Notes under the pieces: generated by a model
Seen by the model: only the letters and a program-made list of their open reading frames with translations
Told to the model about the DNA's origin: nothing
The model's database searches: none
Position numbers and translations under genes: made by a program
Source of the DNA: Felis catus
Lineage: Eukaryota
Direction: 5' to 3'
Length of the DNA stretch: 64,000 nucleotides
NCBI RefSeq assembly: GCF_018350175.1
Contig: NC_058369.1
Location: 17,486,001 to 17,550,000, forward strand
Shown: positions 27,351 through 40,663 of the stretch, piece by piece
Position numbering within the stretch: position 1 is the stretch's first letter
Layout: every line of letters starts with the position of its first letter

Positions 27351-28099
27351 CTCTCATCTGACATAAACAGGCTAATACTGGAGATCAGGACTATAGACTT
27401 CCTTTCTTCGTGCATAGTCTTACAATTCTAAAAAATGTCTGGAATAATGTCTATTATAGCTGCAAAAGAAGGGATTCAAGGTCTAAATGAAGCTTAACTT
27501 GGAGGTGGGACCAAGGGTAAATCTTTTAGGTTTTAGCATTTACCACATGTTTAGGGAAGATCTGAAGTATACGTAAAAGGAACAGAAGTTATTTTCCATG
27601 CAGAGTGTACTCTGCTTTATTAATAGACTTTTGCTCCTGCTGCCATCCAGTCTGGCCAGTAGCCCCCAGCATCAATCACCCCTCCAAGTCTCTCTGGTGG
27701 TTGTGTGGGCCCATGACTTGCCAACACCTGTCCTACTTCCTTCTGCAGTATCCTCTCCTTCAGAACACAACTGAAACTCCTGTCTTTAGCATCCTTCCTT
27801 TGCACTGTTGCTTCATCCGTTTGAGTTCACAGATCTTGGAAAGAAAGGTTAGTGGTTCAGGCAAGCTTTGTATGTGCTGTGCCTTTCATCTTGCAAATCA
27901 ATCTGAATGACAAGTTTTTGGAGTCAGGGTAGCAACTAGAGATCATTCTGGCCATCTCTGAAATCATGGCACATGGGAGTCCTTTGGCCTCTTGAGGAAA
28001 TATGGCTGCTCCCCCCACCCCCCCTGGTTTTAGTCAAGTATGGTCCCAGAACCTTGAAGGGAATCGCAATTCTCTTTAAATCCATCAAGAACTACGTAG

Positions 28100-29899
28100 A
28101 GAGCATGGGTTCAGGATTGTTTTTATTTTCAGAGCCTGAAACAGTTGGTCAGCAATGCTAGCTAAGCTGGTACAATCTGAAGGCCATCCCACCTCCTTTT
28201 CTAGGCATTCAACCAACAGAATCCCTATAAACAAGATTAGAGACCAACTGAGATGTGTCTCAATGTGTGGTGAGAGGGGGAAGAGGCCTTCCTCTCTCCT
28301 CCCGTTCCCCTCCTCCCCACTTACTTTTTCTAACAAGATTGTTTTATAGCCAAATACAACTCAAACCCAGAAGAGCAACCAGCCGTCTCCATTATGACTG
28401 CTTCCCTCCCCACTTCCAGAGCAGGAAGTGAAGAGGAGAGACTGGCACTTGTGTGTAAGAAAAACCTGGCTATGCCCCAACAGAGCAGAGATGGTGAGGA
28501 GGCTGGTGCCTGTGGGTGGGCATATGCAGGAACCAAATAGGCGTGTCCAGCATCAACCAACTCAGCTCCAGCTCCTTGGATAGGTGGTGTTCCTTTGAGA
28601 CCCCCATTTCCATGGGGTTAGATGAGGGGGCAACGAGTGATGAGCCATCACTCCCTGTCCCTCAAATTCAAACATGATAAACTCAAAGTTTTACCTTCAA
28701 AATCCACCACGCTGCCTCCTGAGAGACACATTCTATATGGTCATCTGCATGCCAGCACCCACATCCCTCTCCTAATGCGCAGGGCTTCCAGCCCATCTCT
28801 TCATCCTTGGGTGGCCCAGCCAACACTGATTTGATACTCCTTGACTCATAAAATGACTATTTTTAGAAAATTAAAAGCTATTCAAGAGTATCAGTAATAG
28901 AAGACACTCGGTGTACGCTCCCGTCCCCCATCCCAGAGCCCCCCCACCCTGCCGCCCCTAGTCTAGGACACCTACACTACCACGTTCCAACACTGACCTG
29001 GGGGTGGCCCCATGGAAGCTGCCTGAAGTGCTTTCCTGTGACTCCTATACCAGCTAATGTCACAGGGAACTGGGGTGAGGAAGAACACGGTGCCCCCCCT
29101 GCCCCCACCCATAGATCTCAGTGGCCTTCGAGGTAGGTCTGGGAGGTTTAGCTTATGTCCTATGGCCAAGTCCGAGTCCAGTGCCTGCTCCCACCAGCGC
29201 CTCAGTCCTTGGCTTTAAATAGCAGCAGCCCCAGTTCCACAGTGCCTCCTGGGGTGACAGAGCTCCTACTTCTGTCCCTCAACACAAGTTTGCCTCTTCT
29301 CCCCATCTTTTTTTTTTTTTTTTTTTAAAGCAGAGGTAGTCCCTGGGATGATAAAACCCTACCTAGAATGGCAGTATTGTGACTTAAAGAAGCAGTTAAA
29401 TAAGTCTCCAGGAGTTAAAAAAAAAAAAAAAAAAAATTAAAGTGATTGACGAAGTTGAATAAATTAAAGATACGGGTTATCCCACAGAGACCATCCCCCT
29501 TCCCAGGCTGTCTTTGGTATTTGGCCAGCAGCATTTCCACTCGCGTTCCTTCTCCTTCTCCTACCCCTCCTCTCACGAGAGAGGACAGTGCCCAATAAGG
29601 CCCCAGGTCGTTCGTCCAACGGTGGGGGGGAGAAGTCAGAACTTCTTGGCTTGGTGCTTGGAACTGTGCTGTATGGCGAGTGACAGCCTTGGCAAACAGT
29701 CCTGAGGCAGTGAACGTCTTACGGGGACAGAAGAGGCGCTGCCAGCAGGAACCCTGGGAGCGTGGGACCGGGTGAGGCGTGCAAGCCCCAGGCCCTTTCT
29801 CCACACTTGTTGGCCCCTTTGCTCAAGTTTCTCTGCAGCAAAGAGGGAAGAGGTGGCGTGGAGGGGAGGCTCTGGCTGCCGCGGTCTGGCCCCGCCACC
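28100..29899 (-). other. CDC25A: CDC25A 3'UTR (approximate end)
   Basis: Sequence without recognisable interspersed repeats from the stop codon to an AATAAA at 28127-28122; contains multiple miRNA seed matches. Confidence 0.75.
28122..28127 (-). terminator. Polyadenylation signal AATAAA (probable main site)
   Basis: tttatt on + strand, ~1.78 kb downstream of the stop codon. Confidence 0.7.
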
Positions 29900-30040
29900 T
29901 CACAGCTTCTTCAGACGGCTGTACATCTCCCGTTTGCTCTTTTCCCCCGCCCAGGTCCGGCTCTTGGTGCGGAACTTCTTCAGGTCTTCTTTGAAGTCCT
30001 CATGGTGCATGGGCCGGTAGCTGGGGGGCTCACAGTGAGA
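29900..30040 (-). CDS. CDC25A: CDC25A exon 15 coding part ([11 protein letters not shown]...SRLKKL*)
   Basis: Acceptor ctgcag|, stop TGA at 29902-29900. Confidence 0.98.
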   Translation of the reverse strand, partial: SHCEPPSYRPMHHEDFKEDLKKFRTKSRTWAGEKSKREMYSRLKKL

Positions 30041-33000
30041 CTGCAGACAAGAGAGGATGATCAGGGGGTGCCTGTCTCATGCTGTTAAGCCAGCTCCCCG
30101 CATCTGTGCAGCAGCTTCTAGGGCCCGTGTCGTCGTGCGCAGCAAATCCCCAGATCCCGGGCGAGAAACAGCCATGACGACCAGACAGACCCAGCTGTCC
30201 AACCTGGGTAAGGGGTGGACCGTGCTCTCCAGGGACCTCAGCTTACCTGGCATTTCAGGAAGAACTCCTTGTACCCGCCTTTCAGGACATACAGCTCAGG
30301 GTAGTGGAGTTTGGGGTACTCGTTACCAAGCCGATCTCTCTCCCTCACGTACCGGCACCTATCGAGAAGGAAGGCCACAGCAGGGTTAGCTCTTCTGATA
30401 TAGAGACAACAGACGTGAGACAACAGCACAGTGACAGCAGCGGTGCGGTAGGACTCCTTACACACGTCTTCCCAACTTCACGTTCATTCTTGGAAACAAT
30501 CAGTGTGGAGCTGTGAGCTACTGGCCACGTGTGATCGTTAAGATTTCACGGGTGATGGAAGGTAGATGGTCTCTCCCCAACTGCCCTTTCTCCAAGTGAA
30601 ACAGACCTACTGCCCAGCCCCCATTCCAGTGTCCTCCCTGCCACCACCTGCACTTCCTGTGCAGTGACAGCACCTGAGCCAGCTTCCCACTGCATTCTCC
30701 ACTCTTGCCACACCCCCAGACAACTTGCCCAGGGTCCCTACCTCAACTCCCATCTCAGCTGGTGGCTTTTTTCCTATAGCTTTTAAATAGGCTGCGCTTG
30801 CTCTGTCTCAGGACACCTGCTTGCACCCTATACTCTTCCCCAATACCCTCACATGGCCAGTGGCTCCTTCCCACCCACCCCTTGGTACCCTGTCCCTGCT
30901 GCTCTCCCCTCTCTCCACTCCGCCTGCTTACTTTGGCCCCAGGGCTGTTCCTCCAACCTGCCCTGGAGCGCCCACTTCTCGTCATGTCTCTGAAGTACCT
31001 CTAACACATGGAGTAGCTGACAAACATATTTGCTTCCCGCTCCCTCTGAAATGCAAGCTCCCTGAAGGCAGGGTTTTTTGTTCTCCAACATTTTGCTGTT
31101 CTCCCCAGTAACCAGAACACTAACCAGCACGTGAGAGGCAATAGTTAGTATCTGTAGAGTGAATAATCCCACTTGTGAAGGAACATCAGTCCTCACTCAA
31201 ATCCCACTTCTTATGACCACGGTTTTGTGCTAAACGCAGGGCAAGTCCTTGTCCTTAGGAGGTAGATGGGGAGATGGTCATGTAAGCCAAGTTCCTGGTG
31301 TAGTTGTTTATGTGTGGTTGAATGTGTACTAATGTGGCACAACATTAGCCACTGGGAAAACCAGGTGAAGCACGTGCAGAAAAATGGCCTGACTTTTGAA
31401 CCAGTTCAAAATAAAAAGACTGCACAAGAACCCAGGCCTGTGGGCTGGCAAGAAGTCTACCTTGGCCCATCCTAGTCAAGGCTGCAGTCGCCCTGCCCCA
31501 GCCCCCACCCCCTCTCTGGCTGTCCCTGTCTGTCCTTCCAGTAGGACCATGCTAGCCTCAGAGACAAGGTTGGGCCGAATAAGGCCAAAAGCCCTTGGCA
31601 ACCGCCAGGTCAAGCCTAAAAAGCCACACTCAAGAAAGCTGTTCATCAAATCAACAAACTGCCCAATAGGTAAGAATGTGGGAAAACATTTGCTACACAT
31701 GAATTTGAACTTTTAAAAAACTGAACATTTACGCATCACGTGTGTAGGCTGAGGCATGGAAATGACTTGGGACATGCGAGAAGGCCCTTGGTGTGAAGTA
31801 TGCCGCCAGTGTGAGCCATCCACTGCCTCATCCCACAAAAGCACTGTGGGCCCGTGCCCCAGAGCCCAGTTCCATGCAGCACTCACATGCGAGGGCCTCG
31901 CTCGGAAGAGAACTCGCAGTGGAACACGACAATGACACGCTTGCCGTCAGTAGGAACGATGGGCTTCTTGAGCAAGAAGTCTTCTACCTCCTCTTCCATG
32001 TGCAAGTTTACCGCACCCTGTGAAGAAGGCATAGAGACTCTTGGCACCTGCGTGTATCATACTTGCCAGATTGATTCTGTGACAGTCATCTGTAATTGGG
32101 ACCCTAGAATTCTGTTATGACTATGGTGGGCTTGAGAAAGATTTATGAATTTGGGACTTTCAAAAGCCATTAAGACAGTGACAAACACTACTGTTGTATT
32201 AATGTACCCCATTACTAGATTTCAACACTAGTTTATTGGTTAAAAGATTAAATTGGAGGGGCGCCTGGGTGGCGCAGTCGGTTAAGCGTCCGACTTCAGC
32301 CAGGTCACGATCTCGCGGTCCGTGAGTTCGAGCCCCGCGTCAGGCTCTGGGCTGATGGCTCAGAGCCTGGAGCCTGTTTCCGATTCTGTGTCTCCCTCTC
32401 TCTCTGCCCCTCCCCCGTTCATGCTCTGTTTCTCTCTGTCCCAAAAATAAATAAATGTTGAAAAAAAAAAATTAAAAAAAAAAAAAAAAAAAGATTAAAT
32501 TGGCATAACCAGTTAACTTCTTCCCTGGAAAGTGTGTCCCAACACCCGCCCTCCACCAGGCAGCTTAATTCAACTACAAACTGAGAGGCATCGCTAAGCG
32601 CGGCATAGACTGGGACATGTCACCAGAGGCTGGCTTCTGGTCAAAAGCCCTTTGGTGCTTAGGCCTGACTTAGAAATCAGTGGTACCACCTACAAATGCC
32701 TGTGATGGTGAAGGTGTAAGACACAGGACAGAGAGCATTTACTGTACAAGGTAGTGGAGAGTAGTCCAGGCCAGGGAATATTCTCCAGTGCACCAGGAGT
32801 CAAGGCTGCTTGAAAACGTCCTCAGAACCAGCACATTAGCCAGGAAGCTTCTAGGTGTCATGTCACCACCCCACTTTTAAAATCACAGGGCTCCTTCTAC
32901 GCCTCCCATGATAGCAGGGCTCACCAGTAAGCCTCAGGAACCCATACCTTGATGTGGCCTCCCTCATATTCATACGGATACCGGCAGTCAATGATAACAA

Positions 33001-36000
33001 ATTCTTTAATGAGGTTGGCAAACTTGCCATTCAAAACAGATGCCATCTGTGGGGAGAAAGCCCAGGAGAATCAACTTTGGCTGCCAGGAACAGCTAGATT
33101 CAAATACTTCATGGGTGACAGGATCCAAAAAGGGGACTTACAATTTCTGGAGAGATGTATTTTAAATCTTGATGCTTCCCAGCAACCGTATGAAAGAGAT
33201 AACCCTTAAAAAAAAAAAAAGAAGAGAGAGAGAGAGAGAGAGATACTTAGCAAATCTGAAAGCCTATAAATGCAACATTTATATTGCTTGCCTGCCTGAT
33301 AAGAGGCAGCTTTATAAACAAACCTGAATCTAATAGTATAGGCAAGTTACTCATCTAGGCACTTCATTAACATCCTGACATTTCATTTTCAAACACACCT
33401 ACAAGGTGTATTATCCTCACTGTCAAATGTAAAGCCGAGCCAATATGTAAAGCTGGCTTCACTACTAGCTAGTAAACAAACGTAAATACAGAAATCTCAG
33501 GTAATTTCCTTCCTCCCTGCTTTTGTCAGGAACCTTCATCTCCATAGCCAACTGTGAGGAACATGGTGTTGGGCACTGGAAATGGGAAAAATAGGAGACC
33601 TGGCCTGGCCCTGAGGGGAAAGATGGGCACATCAGCAATTACTCACTAGGGCAAGTGGCTGAACCAAGAGCTCACCCATCCCCATGGCCATATGCAAGGT
33701 CATTATGACAAACATAACCAACAGCTTCAATTCAAGTGGAAGGTTCTACCAATGAGGACACACCCAGTCTTTGCTTACTCTTCCTTTCAGATTAGAACTA
33801 TCTCCTATTTTTGACCCCCTATGTGTCCCTATTCTTTCAACATTCACCTGGCTGAAATATGAAATATGGCCCAGATTCATACCTTCCCTAGTCTTCTAGA
33901 CGAGACAACCTCCCTTTATTTCTCCAAGGCTGCTTGCATTGCACGGACATGCACTTCAATTTCCCGTGTCGTATGTGGCACAGCAGGTCTTGCTGACCAC
34001 ATGGGAAGTTGTGTGAGGGAAGGAACTGGGTCTCATTTTGGAATCTTTACCTAACACATAACATCAAGTGCTTCAACAAATGTTAGCTAAACTAATGAGT
34101 AAGAAATTGATCGGGTAGCCTTTACATCTTCTGTGGCTTAGCAAGCTGCTGACATGTTCTCTGTTCCACCCTCATGTTTCACCACAGCTCAAAGGCAGCC
34201 AACTCATTTACACAGCAAATTCATACATATCAGGCCATCAGCAGATCTTCCTCCCTACTTCCCCGGGGGCCTTCTCCCTCAAAGGCTATGCTTCTTTGGA
34301 CAATGGAGAAATTCAGTCTCAACCTTGGACCTTTTAAGATAACCTTTTGATATACAGATGTGTAGTGTGGCTATAGGTTTATTCCTGCTTCTTTGTACTT
34401 TGCTGCACGACTATTTTTATAATCAGAAACACAGTTCCCAAAGAGCCTGGCCTTTGGGTTGGAGTCCAGGTGGCTGGTAGGTGGCTTCCTACTTCCTCTG
34501 ATCAGTACCAGTAAGGTCTATAGTCCCACAGAGACCAAGATACATCTGATCATGTGTTTGTTTCTTATCTTTAAAAATTTCAAACTGTGTCTCTTGGGGA
34601 ACACTGTAAGAGCCACCCAAGAGAGGAGAAAGACTGAGGGGGTGGAGGGGAATTCTAGGAAACAACCCAAAGCCTAAATCACATAACCAGAGCAGCTCTC
34701 CTTGCATCTGCCTAGAATTACCTTGGAGAAGTCTCCTATAAGGTCCCTTGGGTCATTATCCAAAATGTTCTCAATGGTCCCTTTTGGGGAAGATGCCAGG
34801 GATAAAGACTGATGTAGAATCTGTAACAAATCAAAGGTGGAAAATGAGGCCAGGGTTCTGAATAGGACTTCTGAAAACTTTCACCTAGAACATGTCACTG
34901 GGAGGAGGGTGACATGTACATGTCTATATTTAGCAAATAAAATATTTTTCTTATTTGATTGAATCTGGACTAAAAAAAGAGAGCATGGGTCACTGACTTA
35001 GGTCTCCTATTATTTCAGTGTCTAACTGAAGTGCTCTGAAATTAAGTTTTTCTTCTTCCCCACCTTTTTAAAAAGGGGAATTAAAATTAAGGCTAAATCT
35101 AAAATAAATTTCTTAGCTCTATCCACTGAGAAGCTCTAGACGTGCAATGAACATTCCTACAGGACACTATGGTCTCCAAATACTATTTTCCACTAAAAGA
35201 AACCAGGGCTTGGGGGTGCCTGGATGTCTCAGTTGGTAGAGTATGCCACTCTTAAAAAATTTCTTTTTCTTTAATATTTATTTTTGAGAGACAGAGAGAC
35301 AAAGCACAAGCAGGTAAGGGGCAGAGAGAAAGGGAGACATAGAATCTGAAGCAGGCTCCAGGCTATGAGCTGTCAGCACAGAGCCCGATGTGGGGCTCAA
35401 ACCCATGAACCACGAGATCAAAGTCAGACGTTTAACCGACTGAGCCACCCAGGCGCCCTTAGAGTATGCCACTCTTGATCTTGGGGTTGTAAGTTCAAGC
35501 CCCATGTTGGGTGTAGATATTACTTAAAAAAGGTGAGGGGGAGAGGGAAAAAAGAGGCACCAAACATAAATAAAAAAGACTGATTAATTGAAATACATTT
35601 AAAAATCAAGAAATTCTTTTCATCAAAAGAACAGTATTAAGAGAAAAGGCAGGCGAGCACTGGAGTGGCTCAGTTGGTTAAGCTATGGACTTCGGCTCAG
35701 GTCATGATTTCACGGTTTGGGAATTCAAGCCCTACATGGGGCTCCATGCTGACAGCATGAAGCTTATTTGGGATTCTCTCTCTCCCTCTCCCCTGCTCCT
35801 GCTTGCTCACTTTCTCTAAATATACAAATAAATACATTCTTTTTATTCCTGAATATTGACAGGTATATAAACCAGAAGCTTTCTGGAAGGCAATTTGCTA
35901 GCATGTATAAAATGCAAAGTTCCATAAATGTTCCTGCGCTTTAACCTAGAATTCTACTTTTTTTTAAAAAAAGAGTTTATTTTTAAAGAGACAGAGTGCA

Positions 36001-36031
36001 AGCAGGGGAGAGGGGCAGAGGGAGGGGGGGA

Positions 36032-36071
<40 letters not shown>

Positions 36072-38964
36072 ATCTTAAGCAGACTCCACACTCAGTATGG
36101 ATCCCCATGCAGGGCTTGACCCTGGGATCATGACCTGAGCCAAAATCAAAAGTTGGACACTGAACAAACTGAGCCACCCAGGCATCCCAAATTCCACTTT
36201 TAATTAGAAAAAGTAAAATGTCCATCAAGTATTAGGTAACTAAGGCAGATTATAAAATGTAAGATGCCAGCCCTAGGTGTTTCCATGGCTGTCATCTAGT
36301 AGACCTTTTAAGAGTAGTGTTTATTCAAACCTTTTCATGCTGCAGAAAACACGGGCAATTCTCCAGGTTATTTTACAATGTTTAATATCAAACCTCAATA
36401 CCAAAACCTGATATAAGGATAGTATAATGAAGGAAAACTACACATACATAAAAGCAATTCTAAATAAGCCAAACATGACATTTCATGAAGCAAGAACAGT
36501 TTTAAAATCAGGAAAACTATGAATACAAGCCAAAATATATAAACAAGTTAATAAAAATGGAGCAATCATGGGTGTGCCTGGGTGGCTCAGTCAGCTGAGC
36601 ATCTGACTCTTGGTTTCTGAGACTGAGCCCTGAGGCTCAGTGCTGACTGCCTGGAGCCTGCTTGGGATTCTCTCTTTCTCAGTCCCTCCCTCACTTGCGC
36701 AAGTGTGTGCACACTCACTCTCTCCCTCTCAAAAAAGTGCTCTGGGGCGCCTAGGGGACTCAGCTGGTTAAGTGCCCAGCTCTTTGATTTTGGCTCAGGT
36801 CATGATCTCGTGGTTGGTGGGTTCAAGCCCATATTACACTCCATGCTGACAGTGCAGAGCCTGCTTAGGATTCTCTCTCTTCCTCTCTCACTGCCCTTCC
36901 CCTGCTGGTGCTCTCTCTCTCTCTCAAGATAAAACTTTAAATGAATGAATGAATGTCCCAAGTGCTTTAAAAATAAATAAAAATAATTACATTTGTGTAC
37001 TCACCTACAGGGAAGTTCATGATATATTAGTAAAGCTCCAAAATAACATGAAAGCAAACCATAACCATGAGCAATTGACTTGAGTAGAGATGATGAAAGT
37101 TTTATAAAAACTAAACTTTTACTAGGTCATGATAAGTCTGAATTAAAAGAAAGGAATTAAAATATTTAGAGATACAATAAAAAACACTACAGGGGCGCCT
37201 AGATGGCTCAGTCGGTTAAGGTTCCAACTTCAGCTTAGGTCATGATCTTTACGGCTTGTGAGTTCGAGCCCTGCATAGGGCTGGCTCTATGCTGATAACT
37301 CGGAGCCTGGAGCCTGCTTCAGATTCTGTGTCTCCCTCTCTCTGCCTCTCCCCCACTTACTGTCTCTGTCTCTGTCTCTGTCTCTCTCTCCTTCAAAATA
37401 AATAAGCATTAAACAATGAAAAACAGTACAAAGTTGTGAGACAAACATAAGTAGTAGAAAATGTATAGTTCCAAGCAGATCAGGAGATGGCAGCAGCAAG
37501 CCCAAAGAAACAAGAAGCCTTTAGGAAAACCTGTTCTCCTTAGCCAAAGGACTAGAAAGAGGGCAGCCTATCAAGACAGAAAACATTTTACTTTTAAAAA
37601 TGTTTACCTGTTTTTTATTTATTTTTGCGAGAAGGAGTGAAGGAAAGGGAAAGAGAGCACAAGGCAGAGAGAGAAGAAAAGGATCCGAAGCAGAATCTGT
37701 GCTGAGGGCAGGGAGCCCAATGTGGGGCTCGAACTCACAAACTGTGAGATCATGACCTGAGCCAAAGTTGCACGCTTTACCGACTGAGCCACTCAGGCGC
37801 CCCTAGACAGAAAACTTTTAGACTACTGTAGCCAAACACCAAAGAAAAAATGATGGCCCTACACCATGCCTGGTCAGCAAGTGGGGAGCTTAGACTTGCA
37901 ACTCTTGCCCAGCTGTAATTAAGTGCCCCACCTCCACTCCACTGGGGTGGTCTAGTGGGGAACTTGAACTCCCACTCCTGCCCACAATAACGAGGCCACA
38001 CTATGTGTCAAGGGAAGCTGTGCTAGGGAACATGAACTTCTACTCCTATCAATCCCCACAGTATCAGAGTCCCACTAAAACAGAAAATTTACATAGACCA
38101 GTCTTACAATACCCAAAATATACAGGATACAACTGAAAAGTCATTCGTCATACCGAGAACCAGGAAAATCTCAACTTGAATAGGAAAAGATAATCAACAG
38201 AAGCCAACACCACAACACAGATGTTGGAATAATCTGACAAGGATTTTAAAGCAGCTGTCATAAAAATGCTTCAACAGCCAATTAGCAACCTGCTTGAAAC
38301 AAATGGAAAATTCGAAGTCTTGGCAAAGAAAAAGAGCCAAATGGAAATTTCAGAATTGAAAAATTCAGTATCATTGTCCTTGAGCAAAAAGGCACCTGCA
38401 AAACTAACCTCCTGGGGCTTCTCTGGACTAGCTGCTTCTTCAGGACTGGCCGCAGCCATGCTCTTTCTCCGCTTTGTATTTCCAGATGGGTACTCCTCTT
38501 GAGATCGTTCTGGTCTTTTTAACACCGACCGAGTGACAGAGCTACATGTGGAAGAAGAGTCAAACAGCTTGCATCGATTGCCCTAGTGGGGGAAAAAAAA
38601 GAGACCCATCTTCCATTAAAACCCGCTCACTTGAATGGTAAAGAGAATGGGCCAAGGGCTTTCTGGGATGGTTTAAAATCCACCCTAAATTAGGTAACAG
38701 ACACCGTCCATTCATCTAGTCCCAGCACTCTTGTCGGGCCTAGCACATACTAGACATTGAATACCTGGTGCTCAATGAATACAAACTGAGTTGACATCAT
38801 ATGGAGAGGAGGAAGACAATCCATGCCCTTTTTCTAAAGCTCACTGTCTACAAAGGGTCCTAAGAGTCACGTAACTATCACTTTTCGGTTGGGAACACCT
38901 TTTGATTTGCCTCTTCCCCTCTATTTTATTACTTGCACCTTGCTTGGTTTTTTATTTTTAAAGT

Positions 38965-39022
<58 letters not shown>

Positions 39023-40623
39023 CCCAAGTAGGTTTCATGAAATCATGACCTGAGCTGAAATCAAGAGGATGCTTATCAACTCAGCCACCCAGGTGCCCCA
39101 GCAGTCAACAGGTTTTAATACCCCACCTAAATCCAGAAAAGGTGTGAGGTAGTTAGACTATGCTAGAAAACAGAGTCAATAAGGTGTTAAAATAGTGCTA
39201 AGGGTATAAATCTGTAGGGAGCAGGGGTGCACAGAGGAGCAAGTGCCCTCAAAATTGTGTTCAAAAGTCCTTTCCACTTGGTCTAAGACTAATTTCCCAG
39301 AATTCAAGGGCAGCCAATCTGACCAACAGTAGGGATAGTCTAAACTTATCTGTAGGTTCATGACTCAGTGTGCCTTGGCCCAGCTTTTCCTTCCATGCAG
39401 AATCTCTTTATGCCCCAGTAAGCCGCTCCTTTCCAAGATGATACTAAAATTTCAATGACGCTTCTTTGAAATGTTCTGGTCAATAATCTGCAGCAGAGTG
39501 TGCCACTCCCATGCCAGCTCTCTCGGAGACCAAGGATTTTCTCCTAACTTTGCTGAAGTCTATTTTAAAGGGATATTTTCAGAAAAGCAAGACCAGAGAT
39601 TTTCTTTTTAATGTTTATTTTTGAGAGACAGAGACTGAGCATGAGTTGGGGAGGGGCAGAGAGAGAGGGAAACACAGAATCCAAACAGGCTCCAGGCTCT
39701 GAGCTGTCAGCACAGAGTCTGATGCAGGGCTTGAACTCACAAGCCGTGAAATACTGACCTGAGCTAAAGTTGGACACTTAACCGACCAAGCCACCCAAGC
39801 ACCGCCAGAGTTTTTAAAGTTCATTTTGTAAAATAGAGTGCAAGTGGGGGAGGGGCAGAGACAGGAGAGAGAGAGAATCCAAACCAGGTCCCACGCTATC
39901 ATCACAGAGCCTGACGTGGGGCTCGATCCCATGAACCGTGAAATCATGACCTGAGCCAAAAAAATCAAGTTGGATGCTGCTCAACCGACTGAGCCACCCA
40001 AGCACCGCCAGACATTATTTATTTACTTTTACGTTTTTATTTAGTTTTAAGAGAAAGAGAGAGACAGAGTACAAGTGGGGGGAGGGGCAGAGAGAGAATG
40101 AGACACAGAATCCGAAGCAGGCTCCAGGCTCTGAGCTGTCAGCACAGAGTCCGATGCGGGACCTGAACTCACGAACGGTGAGATCATGACCTGAGCCCAA
40201 GTTGGACGCTTAACCGACTGAGCCACTCAGGCGTCCCAGAGATTTTTTTTTTTTTAACCTAGAAGAGCTGGGAGCATTTTGGGGAAGAGAATCCACTGCT
40301 TTCAACAGAGTCTCAAAGGAAATTGTGAACTCATCCAGGGCGGACACCATGATTCCAATATAGCTCCAGCAACTGTGAGTCTGCAGTAACTGTTTGTGTT
40401 ATGCTAGATGATACAGATGATATGGAATATAAATAAATGAGAAAGACCTAAAAAAAACGCAAAAAACAAAACAAAACACCTCAGGGCACCTGGGTTGCTC
40501 AGGGGTTAAGTATCTGACTCATGATTTCAGTTCAGGTCATGATCTCGGGGTCCTGGGTTGAGCCTTGTGTTAGGGCCCATGCTGGGCGTGGAGCCTACTT
40601 AATATATATATCCCCCAACCCCC

Positions 40624-40663
<40 letters not shown>

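Noticed and set aside
38271..38525. ORF extending exon 9 into intron 9 (similarly 46676-46960, 30238-30465, 50727-50996)
   Set aside because: Read-through of real exons past canonical splice sites into intronic or L1 sequence; no evidence for alternative terminal exons.
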